Positions 35,223 through 45,367 of a stretch of DNA of 64,000 nucleotides are shown here, one piece after another. The notes under the pieces were generated by a model. It worked only from the letters and a program-made list of their open reading frames with translations, was not told where the DNA came from and ran no database searches. Each line of letters opens with the position of its first letter. Positions within the stretch are counted from its first letter, which is position 1. Both the position numbers and the translations under genes were made by a program. This stretch comes from Thermodesulfobacteriota bacterium. GTDB lineage: Bacteria; Desulfobacterota; Desulfobulbia; Desulfobulbales; JAGXFP01. Location of the stretch: contig JBDLJC010000011.1 of assembly GCA_039714535.1 (NCBI GenBank), forward strand, positions 3,184 to 67,183, read 5' to 3'.

Positions 35223-35249
35223 TAGAGCAACAGAACAGGTATAGAAAAA

Positions 35250-37745
35250 ATGGTGGATGAAACAAAAGAAGCGACCGAAGAGATCTTTCCCGATATCTCT
35301 ATTGAGAGCGAGCTGAAAAAATCATACATGGACTATGCGATGAGCGTTATCATCGGTCGGGCCTTGCCCGATGTCCGTGACGGTTTAAAACCGGTTCATC
35401 GTCGCGCCCTCTATGCGATGCGGGAGCTTAATAACTACCATAACCGGCCTTACCTTAAGTCAGCGAGGATCGTCGGTGACGTGATTGGTAAGTATCATCC
35501 CCACGGCGACACGGCCGCATACGACACTATCGTCAGAATGGCCCAGACCTTTTCGATGCGCTATCTGCTGGTCGACGGTCAGGGCAACTTCGGCTCGGTC
35601 GACGGCGATTCACCGGCGGCGATGCGTTACACCGAAGCTCGGATGACCAAGATCGACCAGGAGATCATCGCCGATCTCGACAAGGAAACGGTCGACTTCA
35701 CCCCCACTTATGACAACTCCCATATGGAGCCGGTGGTTTTCCCGACTAAGGTTCCGACCCTGTTGATTAACGGCTCTTCTGGTATCGCGGTCGGAATGGC
35801 GACCAATATTCCGCCGCATAATATTGTCGAGGTGGTTAACGGCCTGATCGCCCTGATCGACGAACCAAACATCACCGTTAACCAGTTGATGGAACATATC
35901 ACCGGGCCCGATTTTCCGACCGGTGCCTTCATCTGCGGTCGGGCCGGTATTCGTGAGGCCTATGAGACCGGACGCGGTTCGGTCCTGATGCGTTCCCGCA
36001 CCCATATCGAAAAGAGCAAGAAGGCCCATCGTGAATCGATCGTAGTCACCGAGATTCCCTACCAGCAGAACAAGGCCTCGCTGATCGAGAAAATTGCCCA
36101 CCTGATAAAGGACAAGAAGATTGAATCGATCTCCGAGGTTCGTGATGAGTCGGATCGCCGCGGCATGCGCATTGTCCTGGAACTGAAAAAGGACGAGATT
36201 GCCGAGGTGACCCTGAATAAACTATACAAGATGACCCCGCTCCAGAGGAGCTTCGGGGTGATCTTATTGTCGATCGTCAACGGCCGCCCCGAGGTCTTGA
36301 ACCTGCGGCAGATCCTCCTCCACTTCCTGATGCACCGCAAAACCATCGTCTACCGGCGTACTGCCTATGACCTGCGGAAGACTGAAGAGAAAGCCCATTT
36401 ACTGGAGGGGTTGAAGATCGCGATCAGTAATTTGGATGCGGTGGTCGAACTGATCAAGAAGTCGCCCAATCCCAAAGTGGCCAAGGAAGCTCTGATAAGT
36501 AAGTACGAGCTCTCCGAAATCCAGGCCCAGGCCATCCTTGAGATGCGCTTACAGAGATTGACCGGCCTTGAGCGGGACAAGATTATCGCCGAGTATGAAG
36601 AACTGATGAAGCAGATTGCCTGGTTCAAAGAGATCCTCGGTGATGAGAGCATTGTGATGAAGATCATTCGCGATGAGTTTGAGGAGATTGTCGAGAAGTA
36701 CGGCGACGAACGGCGCACCGAAATTATTGAGGCCCCGGACGAGATTCTCCCAGAAGACATGATCGCCCAGGAGGAGATGGTGGTCACCGTCACCCATGAG
36801 GGCTATATCAAACGTAACCAGATTGATCTATATCGGGCCCAGCGCCGTGGCGGCAAAGGGGTTAAGGGTATTAAGACCCACGAGGAGGATTTTGTCAGCT
36901 CCCTCTATCTGGCCATCACCCATGATACCTTCCTCTTCTTCACCAATTATGGCAAGGTCTTCCATCGCCGGGTCTTCGAGATTCCCCAGGCCAGCCGCAT
37001 CGCCCGGGGCAAAGCCCTGGTCAATCTGCTTGACCTGACCCCCGGTGAGAAGGTGGCGGCGATCATGCCGGTCAAGAGCTTTGCCCTTGAAGAGGGGGAA
37101 GAGCGCTACATCATGATGGTCACCAGAAACGGCATCGTCAAGAAGACCAGTCTCAAGGAATTCTCCCGACCGATGCGTCGCGGTAAGATCGCCCTGACCA
37201 TTCGGGAAGGCGACGAGATCATCTCGGCGGTGATGACCTCCGGCAAGAATGATATCATGCTCTTCTCCAGCAACGGTATGTCGAATCGCTTCAACGAATC
37301 GAATGTCAGGCCGATGGGCCGGACCGCCGCCGGCGTCAAGGGTATGACCCTGAATCCCGGCGATACCGTGGTTGGGGTTGTGGTTGTCGACGGGACAACC
37401 GAATCGATCCTGTCGGTCACCGAGAACGGTTTCGGCAAACGGACTGCGGTTGCGGACTACCCGGTCAGAAAGCGTGGTGGTAAAGGGGTCTTTACGATCA
37501 AGACCAGTGAGCGGAATGGCCAGGCGATCGGCGCCCTCCAGGTCGTCGATGAAGATGAGATCATGATGATCACCGACGGCGGCAAGATCATCAGAACTAA
37601 TATGAAAAATGTCAGGGTTATCGGTCGTAACACCCAGGGGGTCAACCTTTTTAAACTTGGCAAAGGTGAAAAGGTGGTGGCCATGGACGGTGTTGCCGAA
37701 CCATCCAGTGATGATAGTGAGGAAGGCGAAGGTTCTGAAGAATAG
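35250..37745 (+). CDS. gyrA: DNA gyrase subunit A
   Basis: 831 aa with the active-site region [10 protein letters not shown], the QRDR-like [14 protein letters not shown]-terminal beta-pinwheel repeats and an acidic tail. Confidence 0.95.
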   Translation: MVDETKEATEEIFPDISIESELKKSYMDYAMSVIIGRALPDVRDGLKPVHRRALYAMRELNNYHNRPYLKSARIVGDVIGKYHPHGDTAAYDTIVRMAQTFSMRYLLVDGQGNFGSVDGDSPAAMRYTEARMTKIDQEIIADLDKETVDFTPTYDNSHMEPVVFPTKVPTLLINGSSGIAVGMATNIPPHNIVEVVNGLIALIDEPNITVNQLMEHITGPDFPTGAFICGRAGIREAYETGRGSVLMRSRTHIEKSKKAHRESIVVTEIPYQQNKASLIEKIAHLIKDKKIESISEVRDESDRRGMRIVLELKKDEIAEVTLNKLYKMTPLQRSFGVILLSIVNGRPEVLNLRQILLHFLMHRKTIVYRRTAYDLRKTEEKAHLLEGLKIAISNLDAVVELIKKSPNPKVAKEALISKYELSEIQAQAILEMRLQRLTGLERDKIIAEYEELMKQIAWFKEILGDESIVMKIIRDEFEEIVEKYGDERRTEIIEAPDEILPEDMIAQEEMVVTVTHEGYIKRNQIDLYRAQRRGGKGVKGIKTHEEDFVSSLYLAITHDTFLFFTNYGKVFHRRVFEIPQASRIARGKALVNLLDLTPGEKVAAIMPVKSFALEEGEERYIMMVTRNGIVKKTSLKEFSRPMRRGKIALTIREGDEIISAVMTSGKNDIMLFSSNGMSNRFNESNVRPMGRTAAGVKGMTLNPGDTVVGVVVVDGTTESILSVTENGFGKRTAVADYPVRKRGGKGVFTIKTSERNGQAIGALQVVDEDEIMMITDGGKIIRTNMKNVRVIGRNTQGVNLFKLGKGEKVVAMDGVAEPSSDDSEEGEGSEE

Positions 37746-37808
37746 TTTCTTTGATAGTATTTTACGGCCGTGAAATGTCGTAAAGATAGTAGGTTGTGGT
37801 GTGTTTTT

Positions 37809-37923
37809 AAAATTAACATCGAACATCGAATTTTGAATGTGGAGTTTTTATCAATCAGATAAAGCTAAACGATTACCTCTTATTCGATGTTCAAAGTTGA
37901 ATGTTCGATGTTTTGTTAATTTT
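37809..37923. repeat. Composite inverted-repeat array between gyrA and gpsA (four copies of TTCGATGTT, two in each orientation)
   Basis: The left arm carries aaaattaac (37809-37817), taacatcgaa (37814-37823) and gaacatcgaa (37821-37830). The right arm carries ttcgatgttc (37883-37892), ttcgatgtt (37904-37912) and gttaatttt (37915-37923). ttgaatgt is also directly repeated at 37833-37840 and 37897-37904. Confidence 0.7.
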
Positions 37924-37940
37924 CTTGCAGGAGGGTTCCT

Positions 37941-38963
37941 ATGCCCGTCCAACAGGCAGCGGTGGTTGGCGCCGGTAGCTGGGGTACCGCCCTGGCCAAA
38001 TTACTCAGTGACAAGGGTTACCGGATCAGCCTCTGGGGTCATCGTCAGGAACATGTTGATGAGATTATCGCCAACCGGGAGAATCTCACCTATCTGCCCG
38101 GCTTCAAGCTCGCGGAGAATCTCACCGCTACCTCCGATCTGGCTGCGGCCGTCAGTGGCCAACCGGTAGTTCTGATGGTTGTACCCTCCCATGGGTACCG
38201 GGAGGTCTTTCGTCGCCTCCTGCCCCATTTATCCGATAATACCTATGTGATCTCAGCGGTCAAGGGCATCGAAAACGATACTCTGATGACCATGGATCAG
38301 GTCATGGAGGATGAACTTGCCAAGCTTTCCGTGCCACCGACCTTACATCTAGGCGTCCTGGCCGGGCCCAGTTTCGCCAAGGAAGTGGCGGCCGGGGTAC
38401 CCACCGCAGTCACCGTTGCCGCTAAAACCAGAGAAGAAGCCCTCTTCTGCCAGCAGCTTTTCAATACCCCGCTGTTTCGGGTCTATGCCTCAACCGATCT
38501 GATCGGGATGGAGCTGTCCGGAGCCCTCAAAAACCCAATTGCCATAAGTGCCGGCATCTGTGACGGTCTCGGCTACGGGACCAATACCCGGGCCGCTTTG
38601 ATCACCCGCGGCCTTGCCGAGATTACCCGGCTCGGCGTCAAGATGGGCGCCCAACCCCTGACCTTTGCCGGACTGGCCGGGATGGGTGATCTGGTCTTGA
38701 CCTGTACCGGTGATCTTTCGCGGAACCGCCAGGTTGGCCTGAAACTGGGGCAGGGACAGAAGATCAAGCAGATCGTCGCTGAGATGGAGATGGTTGCCGA
38801 GGGGGTTAAGACCACCAAGTCGGCCTGGAACCTGGCCCGCAGGGCCGGCGTTGAGATGCCAATCCTTGAGCAGGTGTACCAGGTGATCTACGGGGATATG
38901 GACTGTGCTGAGGCGGTCAAAACCCTCCTGGCCCGCAGCCTCAAGGAAGAGATCGAGTTTTAG
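37941..38963 (+). CDS. gpsA: NAD(P)H-dependent glycerol-3-phosphate dehydrogenase
   Basis: 340 aa with N-terminal GAGSWGTALA, then GPSFAKEVA and LKNPIAISAGI, all typical of GpsA. Confidence 0.92.
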   Translation: MPVQQAAVVGAGSWGTALAKLLSDKGYRISLWGHRQEHVDEIIANRENLTYLPGFKLAENLTATSDLAAAVSGQPVVLMVVPSHGYREVFRRLLPHLSDNTYVISAVKGIENDTLMTMDQVMEDELAKLSVPPTLHLGVLAGPSFAKEVAAGVPTAVTVAAKTREEALFCQQLFNTPLFRVYASTDLIGMELSGALKNPIAISAGICDGLGYGTNTRAALITRGLAEITRLGVKMGAQPLTFAGLAGMGDLVLTCTGDLSRNRQVGLKLGQGQKIKQIVAEMEMVAEGVKTTKSAWNLARRAGVEMPILEQVYQVIYGDMDCAEAVKTLLARSLKEEIEF

Positions 38964-38999
38964 GTTTCTTTTTGGAAATATTTCTGTTTTGTTTTATTG

Positions 39000-39734
39000 A
39001 TGATTCAGGGAATCCTCCAAAGACTTATCAAAACCAGCATCTGGAATTTGCTCTGGATGTCCGTCCTGTGCTCGGAAATCCTGACAGCTCTACTGAGCTC
39101 TGTGCTCAGCTTGGTTTGGTGGGGGGAGATAAGCATTGATCTCCTCTGGATCGGCAGCATAGATGCCCTGGTCGTTTCATTTATCGTAACGATCATTCCC
39201 ATTAGTATTTTCAAATACATCAAAGAAATAAAGCTAAAACACCAGCAACAGCAGATCAAGGCACGTAAGCTGGAGTCGGTAGGGGTTCTCGCCGGTGGTA
39301 TTGCCCACGACTTCAACAACATCCTGACCGCTATCCTTGGCAATCTCAACCTGTCTTTACTGGATAAAGATCTAAACGGCAGGACAAAAGAGCGTCTGGT
39401 GAAAGCTGAAAAGGCTTCCTGGCGGGCCCAAGGCCTTACCCAGCAACTACTGACCTTTGCTAAAGGCGGTGAGCCGGTCAAGGAAACCTCCTCCCTCGAT
39501 CTTGTCATTAGGGATTCGGCTGGTTTTGTGTTGAGCGGCGATAAGGTCTCATGCCGGTATCATATACCTGATGACCTGTGGATGATCGAGATCGACAAGG
39601 GTCAGATCAGCCAAGTGATTCAGAATATTGTCCTGAATGCCAGCCATGCCATAGCCGGTGTCTTCCCGAAAAAGGAACCTGGTGAACACCACCAGCACAA
39701 CAGACCTAAGTTTATGATGATCAGCATAATATAG
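39000..39734 (+). pseudogene. truncated sensor histidine kinase (TM region, HisKA and only the first part of HATPase_c)
   Basis: The segment from KLESVGVLAGGIAHDFNNILTAILGN to QVIQNIVLNASHA is a close protein paralog of the kinase core of the 25703-28363 gene. Similarity stops right after the N-box at about 39650. The G-boxes are absent and the frame ends in unrelated sequence. Confidence 0.7.
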
Positions 39735-40085
39735 AAGGTGACTATAAATCCTATCGCCGCGTGGTTTGTTTGGCTGCTGTCAACAAGACTGGTGCTCCAC
39801 CACCTAACCAAAACAAGTGTGGGTACAAGCTTGATAAGGTGACGATAACCCCTTTAAACAGCGGATCACTCCGCAGAGTCTCCGCTCTTCTGCAGACCTT
39901 GTTAACCGGGAACTAGTTGTCAGGAAGATGTGTGAAGAGAAGAAGTGATGATTAGCCCAGCAAGCAACCAGTCGTCAGTTTGGCGCCATAGAACAGACAT
40001 ATTACAGGTGGCTTTGGGGCAGGTAGTCAGGTCGACTCTCAGGATTACCACAATAGTTTATCCTGAAAAGGGGACAGCCGTGGGC

Positions 40086-40334
40086 TTATTCGATCTTGTC
40101 CCGGGTCTGGTTGATCATCTGCTTTTTACTGCCTATACCGGTGGATGATGAGTTGCCCAGGAACGAGAAACAGTAAATAATCAAGATTAAAATCAGCACT
40201 GCCCCGAGGGTCTTGAGCGCCGCCTTGGGTTTAAAGTAAACAAACAGGGCCAGACCGGCGATAATGGCCAGCGCCAAGTAGGTGTTGCTGTAATAGAGGT
40301 TCGTGCCGAAGATTACGATGTTGTCCAATGTCAT
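40086..40334 (-). CDS. hypothetical small membrane protein (two predicted TM helices)
   Basis: 82 aa with hydrophobic segments LALAIIAGLALFVYF and LGAVLILILIIYCFSFL. There is no obvious SD and I recognise no homology. Confidence 0.35.
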   Translation of the reverse strand: MTLDNIVIFGTNLYYSNTYLALAIIAGLALFVYFKPKAALKTLGAVLILILIIYCFSFLGNSSSTGIGSKKQMINQTRDKIE

Positions 40335-40568
40335 GTCCGCTATACTAGAACAGCAAAACCTAAAAGCAAAGAGAAATATTCTCTGCCAGAAGGCTTATGC
40401 TGCTTCTTGCCGTCATCATTCAACCCCATTTATTACCCAGAATTATCCAGCATAGAGTAACCATCCTTCCCTGAATAAATAGCAGGAGAAAAAAACCAGC
40501 AGCCGACCAAAGCCTGAAAAATCTTTACTTACAACACTTAGTGGTAAATGGAGCAGGTCCTCTCTCAA

Positions 40569-41369
40569 TTACAGATGTTGCTCACCAATTTTGCTAAACA
40601 TCTGCACCAGTCCCGAGCAGAGGGTGAAGATTGATTTGATATGCAGATTAGTGCTGCAGCATTCATCAAAAAAGATGGTGAGTTTCGAATCCAGATCGTC
40701 TTCCGGGGCCTGGTAACAGATCAGGATTGGAATTTTGGGGAAGGGGTGGAGGATCAGGGCAATATCCGCTTCGTACCAGTCGATGGTTTTTCCCATGAAC
40801 AGATCAATAAGATCATTCAGCAGCTCCGGGTTACAATCGGCCAGTTGCCGCAGTGGTTCTTCACAGCGGCTGGTAAAAAGGCCCTGCCATTCAATCCCCC
40901 CTTTAATCTCACGGAATGACATCCATTGGCCGCTAATCTCCGCATGGGTCCCGTGGGTGATATAGGAGAGGGCCGGGGCCAGTACCCAGGAGATAATATG
41001 GCATTCCGAGGTCATGTGGCCCTGCCGGTCAAAGACGAAATCTTTACCCAGGGAATTGATAATTATCCGGTCATCCTGCACCGTTGCGCCGATAAGGGGA
41101 GCAATTGCGTCAAGATCGATAGTGGCCATCTTTTTCTGCTGTTTATCGATAAACTGTGCCTGGTCAACTGCCAGGTCAGCAGTTTGTTGATACCTGGCCG
41201 AGAATTTGGCGAGGAGATCAGGAGCGAGGTCCGGGCACTCCTCCAGCTTCTTGCGGGCGGCTACAACAGCAGCAGCAAATGCCAGGCAGGATGGAAGCAG
41301 GCATTTGCGGCAATTGGTTTGCGGCAGGATTTTGTAGACATCAAGGGCGGTGAAGGTTGATTTGGCCAT
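40569..41369 (-). CDS. DUF3786-like protein with an N-terminal putative Fe-S cluster domain
   Basis: 266 aa. The N-terminal LDVYKILPQTNCRKCLLPSCLAFAAAV resembles the Cys-rich putative Fe-S domain found at the N-terminus of CdhE/AcsC- and RnfC-type proteins. Confidence 0.6.
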   Translation of the reverse strand: MAKSTFTALDVYKILPQTNCRKCLLPSCLAFAAAVVAARKKLEECPDLAPDLLAKFSARYQQTADLAVDQAQFIDKQQKKMATIDLDAIAPLIGATVQDDRIIINSLGKDFVFDRQGHMTSECHIISWVLAPALSYITHGTHAEISGQWMSFREIKGGIEWQGLFTSRCEEPLRQLADCNPELLNDLIDLFMGKTIDWYEADIALILHPFPKIPILICYQAPEDDLDSKLTIFFDECCSTNLHIKSIFTLCSGLVQMFSKIGEQHL

Positions 41370-41465
41370 TTTTGAAGACTAACGCGATGGAGACCAACTT
41401 GCCACCCCAAAACCAGTCAGAAAAAGAGTTTCTAGCCTGCTGGTTGGCCTCATGGTCTGGTGATT

Positions 41466-42050
41466 TTATTTCCACTTATAGCCACAGGTTTGGCATTTAT
41501 ATTTTTTGCCGCGCAGTCTTAAAGGAATAGCAAGCAGTAGAGAAATTAGCCCGCTCTTTAAGGATGGATTAACGGGGGTTATTCTATCAGACTTGCACCG
41601 AGGGCATTGCTCCGGGAATCGCTCTTCGCTTTCAGTAAATTCCGGTTCGTCATCATCTTGCTCTGGGGGGAGAGGGGCTTCTGCTTGTTCGCTTTGGAGG
41701 AATTTCAGGGCCGTTTCAGCCTGTGAGGCCGCCACCGCTAATTTTACACCCCCGACTGCAAGAGCATAGAAGGGTTGAATTGAAACTAAGTGTTCGTCTC
41801 TCAGGAATACGGGGATTCCTGTCGATTCTATAAGGGATTTGGCAAGATAGGCAGATTGAACATCGCCAAAGGTGGCAATAATGACCAGCGGTGAATCCGG
41901 AACGATTTCTTCTTGTTCTGCCGCCACCACCGCTTCACCATTTAATAACTCCGTGCTGCAATTTGCGCAGTTTTGGATGTCGTCAAGATATTCCGGCGCA
42001 GAGCCGGTGCTCAACAGATGTGGACATTCTTGGTTTGGGCAGTATTTCAT
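41466..42050 (-). CDS. DUF2007-like protein with zinc ribbons at both ends and a C-terminal TM segment
   Basis: 194 aa. The Cys pairs are CPNQEC...CANC at the N-terminus and CPRC...CQTC at the C-terminus. The central region VIIATFGDVQSAYLAKSLIESTGIPVFLRDEH resembles the DUF2007 putative signal-transducing fold. Confidence 0.5.
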   Translation of the reverse strand: MKYCPNQECPHLLSTGSAPEYLDDIQNCANCSTELLNGEAVVAAEQEEIVPDSPLVIIATFGDVQSAYLAKSLIESTGIPVFLRDEHLVSIQPFYALAVGGVKLAVAASQAETALKFLQSEQAEAPLPPEQDDDEPEFTESEERFPEQCPRCKSDRITPVNPSLKSGLISLLLAIPLRLRGKKYKCQTCGYKWK

Positions 42051-42183
42051 AGGGGGTATGCTGTTTACGATTGCGAGCAGCTGCCGCAGTTCGGTCTGTG
42101 CACCTTAAACGGCCTTTATTTATGAATCTCTATATTCTCAGTTAGTTCGCGGTAGTCTGGCCCAATCTGGCAAGCAGATATGT

Positions 42184-43440
42184 TCAGTCCTCCGGTGCAG
42201 ATCTTTGCTGGTTCTTTTCCCGGCCGTTTTCACGGGCATAGCTGCTGATTCCCATCATCAGTCGCAGCAAACCATAACTGAGCCAGCTCATAAACCGCAC
42301 CCAGGAGGGCTGCTGTTTCCACTTGTCCCGCAAGATCCGCAGGCCATCGGTTGCCAGGGTCCTTTTCAGGCTTTGGCTCAGGGTCGCGCCGAATTCTTCG
42401 TCGTTAACGGCAATATTCGCTTCGTGTGAAAACAGCAGGCTGAACGGATCGATATTCGAAGACCCCACCGTCGCCCAATGTCCGTCGATCACCGCCACTT
42501 TAGCGTGGAGGAAGCTCTTGCGGTATTCGTAAATTTCAATGCCCGCATCGAGAAAATTACCATAGAGTGCCCGGGTGGCATAATGCTGGAGAAGATATTC
42601 AACCCTTCCCTGCAGCAGCAAAACCACCCGGACTCCACGGCTGGCCGCATTGATAAGCACATGCCGGAAATCAAGCCCCGGTAAAAAGTAGGCATTGGCT
42701 ATAATGATCTCGGATTCCGCCTGCTCGATCGCCTGGAGATACGCCGTTTCAATGTCCCGGCGATGGCTGATATTGTCCCGCACCAGGAGTGCCGCGTTCA
42801 TCCGGCCCCCGGATGGGCTTGCAGCAGGCAGGGGGGGCCCACTCAAGGCTGCCCCTTTGCGAAAATAACGCCACGCCGCTTTTGACCACAAGCGCTGGAC
42901 GGCAAGGCGGATCTCGTCCACCAGCGGCCCCTCCACGGCGACTGCGTAGTCGTAGCGAGGGTGTATGTCGCCTGTCGGGCCTCGGTCATCAATAATGTTA
43001 ATTCCCCCGACAAAGGCGATCTCCCGGTCCACGACTGTGATTTTCCGGTGCATGCGGCGCAACCGCTTGCGCCGAAATGTCCAGGGGGAGATATTGGGCC
43101 GGTAGATGTGGGTCTTCACCCCGCTCCCCCGCAACCGGTCCAGCATGCTCTGGGGCAGGTCCTTGGAGCCGTAGCCATCGATCAGGACCCGGACCTTTAC
43201 CCCGCGCCGAACAGCCCGCAGGAGCGCCTCTGCAATCTGCCGTCCGGTGGCGTCATCTTCGTAAATATAGGTTTCAAGATAAATTTCATGCTTGGCCCGG
43301 TCGAATGCCGCTTCGAGGGCGGGAAAATAAACTTCGCCATTACGTAACAGAGTGACCTGATTGCCCGGAACAAAGCGGGACAAGCTCGCAGGTAAGAAAG
43401 CTTGATATAAACTTCGGCGATGCAGTTTCCCCTGAAACAT
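42184..43440 (-). CDS. clsB: cardiolipin synthase ClsB-type (phospholipase D family)
   Basis: Two HKD motifs, HRKITVVDREIAFVGGINI and HAKVAVIDGHWATVGSSNID. There is no N-terminal TM pair, as in ClsB. The ATG at 43440 is preferred over the GTG at 43449. Confidence 0.8.
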   Translation of the reverse strand: MFQGKLHRRSLYQAFLPASLSRFVPGNQVTLLRNGEVYFPALEAAFDRAKHEIYLETYIYEDDATGRQIAEALLRAVRRGVKVRVLIDGYGSKDLPQSMLDRLRGSGVKTHIYRPNISPWTFRRKRLRRMHRKITVVDREIAFVGGINIIDDRGPTGDIHPRYDYAVAVEGPLVDEIRLAVQRLWSKAAWRYFRKGAALSGPPLPAASPSGGRMNAALLVRDNISHRRDIETAYLQAIEQAESEIIIANAYFLPGLDFRHVLINAASRGVRVVLLLQGRVEYLLQHYATRALYGNFLDAGIEIYEYRKSFLHAKVAVIDGHWATVGSSNIDPFSLLFSHEANIAVNDEEFGATLSQSLKRTLATDGLRILRDKWKQQPSWVRFMSWLSYGLLRLMMGISSYARENGREKNQQRSAPED

Positions 43441-43577
43441 AATAAACACCTGTCTCTCATCCCATATCTAAATATTCCGGAGCAGATCTGCCCAGGTCGG
43501 ATGAGGCAATAACCAGAAATATCAGGTTCTCTATAAATCTTTCCCTGTATAGTTTTAAACCTAAAACTTATCCCTAA

Positions 43578-44264
43578 TCACATTTTCTCAAGCTCGCCAG
43601 CGCCGCTAATTTCCTGGATAAGTTTGGTGGGATTACCGTAATAGCGCACCTCGGCAGCGCCGTTAATTACAACTTCCAGCACGTCGGAAGCGTAAACGCT
43701 CACGTCACCGGCCCCGGAAACTTCAACCTTTGCCTTTCGGGCTTTCAGGTCTTGAGCTTTGATATCGCCGGAGCCGGAGACCCCAACATCCAGAGAGTTT
43801 GTTTTTCCTTCCAGAACAATATCCCCGGAGCCGCTGAGCTCAATTTCGAAGTTCTCATTGTTAATCGCGGAAACATTGACGTCGTCAGCACCGACAACTT
43901 CCAGCTCTTTAATGTTTTTTGCCGCGATATTAATAACGAGTTCAGTGGTGGGACAGATGTTTTTATCTGCATAGACTTTGAGTTCATTCCCCCGAACCTT
44001 GCTGACAATGTGCGGGATAATATTGTCTTCGCCAATGATTTCAAACTGTTGATTTTCTCTGCTGCTGACAATATTGACCAGAAATGCGCCGTTCAGTTCA
44101 ATGGTGTTAAAACTTGCCAGATTGCGATTTTCAGTCTTGTTTTTGCCGCTGCCTTTGACGCAGTCGTTGTAAATAACTGTGTTGTTGATAATGACTGTGC
44201 CGGCCACAGCCACGGTGGTAGAAAGGAGAAAGATGGTTAACGGGAGGATGGCTTTTGCTTTCAT
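43578..44264 (-). CDS. DUF2807 (head GIN domain) exported protein
   Basis: Repetitive SGSGD/SGAGD beta-solenoid-like units (LSGSGDIVLEG, VSGSGDIKAQ, VSGAGDVSVYA). The start at MKAKAILPLTIFLL (44264) has an SD GGAGG and gives a signal peptide. Confidence 0.75.
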   Translation of the reverse strand: MKAKAILPLTIFLLSTTVAVAGTVIINNTVIYNDCVKGSGKNKTENRNLASFNTIELNGAFLVNIVSSRENQQFEIIGEDNIIPHIVSKVRGNELKVYADKNICPTTELVINIAAKNIKELEVVGADDVNVSAINNENFEIELSGSGDIVLEGKTNSLDVGVSGSGDIKAQDLKARKAKVEVSGAGDVSVYASDVLEVVINGAAEVRYYGNPTKLIQEISGAGELEKM

Positions 44265-44450
44265 GAACTGCCTCCGAGTGAAGTTGGTTTTGCCGAAAAG
44301 TGACAACGTTTAAATCAGTGGCGTTTCGATGTCTTTTGGAAACCTCCTCTCGTGTGGGGTAGACCCGCTTGCCAGGTGGGGTGGGGCTGGAGTTAAAGAC
44401 CCTCTGGCTACCCGGTTATGCTTTGTTCTGTGTGTCTGAAAAAGATGCTC

Positions 44451-45203
44451 CTATTTAACCCCAAAAACTTTTTTCAATAATATTGTAGTCTGTTTTGCTG
44501 GATTATTGCGAATGGCAGCCTCTTCTTTTGCCAAATAATAGAATATTCCCTCCAGACCTTTTTGAATAACATGCTCTTCTAAATTTGCTTTAACATCGGG
44601 CATAAATGGTAAAGATTTATATTTACCGATAACTTTATCATAAGCTTGGATTGCTCCGACCTGTGACAAAGTATTGGTCACTATCGGCCGCATTTCCTTT
44701 TTTAAAGGCGAGGACATTTTACGCTGAAAATATTTTGTCGCAGAATCTTCAGGTCCTGCATAAATATTTTTTATGTCATCAAAGGTCATTTCAGTAATTG
44801 CCTGCAAGAAAAGATCTTTGGCTTTTGGAACTGCATACTCAGCAGCTCGATTCAGCTTCAGTTCAAGGTCATCAACCTGTTTAGACATTCCGATCCTGGC
44901 TAGGGGTTTTTTTATTCTATGTAATTCCTCCGGCAAGGGTATGTGAATAGATGGATCATGATTAAAACCATCAATGGAGCCTAGCTGACTAACGACATTT
45001 TCAGAGCCAATCCGAAGTGCTTGCTTAAATGCCTCTCCTATCTCAGCATAGCTAGGCTCTGTTGTTATTGCCCCTCCGCTTCTCTCATGCACATCATTTA
45101 AAATATTGACTCCCTTATCCCACCATGAACTTTTTGCCTCAGCACTTGCTAGCCAGGTAAAAATAACCAAAAAGGCACTGATCACGGCTAAATAGTTTTT
45201 CAT
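44451..45203 (-). CDS. DUF4197 exported protein
   Basis: The start at MKNYLAVISAFLVIFTWLASAEA (ATG 45203, SD AGGAGGA) gives a signal peptide. The body (GEAFKQALRIGSENVV, KYFQRKMSSPLKKEMRPIV, YYLAKEEAAIRNNP) matches my recollection of DUF4197. Confidence 0.7.
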   Translation of the reverse strand: MKNYLAVISAFLVIFTWLASAEAKSSWWDKGVNILNDVHERSGGAITTEPSYAEIGEAFKQALRIGSENVVSQLGSIDGFNHDPSIHIPLPEELHRIKKPLARIGMSKQVDDLELKLNRAAEYAVPKAKDLFLQAITEMTFDDIKNIYAGPEDSATKYFQRKMSSPLKKEMRPIVTNTLSQVGAIQAYDKVIGKYKSLPFMPDVKANLEEHVIQKGLEGIFYYLAKEEAAIRNNPAKQTTILLKKVFGVK

Positions 45204-45367
45204 ATAATAATCCTCCTGCTGGTGGGATAGTTTTCTGGAGTTGGACCAAGCTGGTAGTGAATCTGTTTGTACTTCCCCAATACTATGGTTTTCAGGGCTT
45301 ATAGAGTGGTAAAAAGGGGACTTTAAGCCCCGAATACAACAGTCTTGTAAGCTAAATAAGCGGAATA

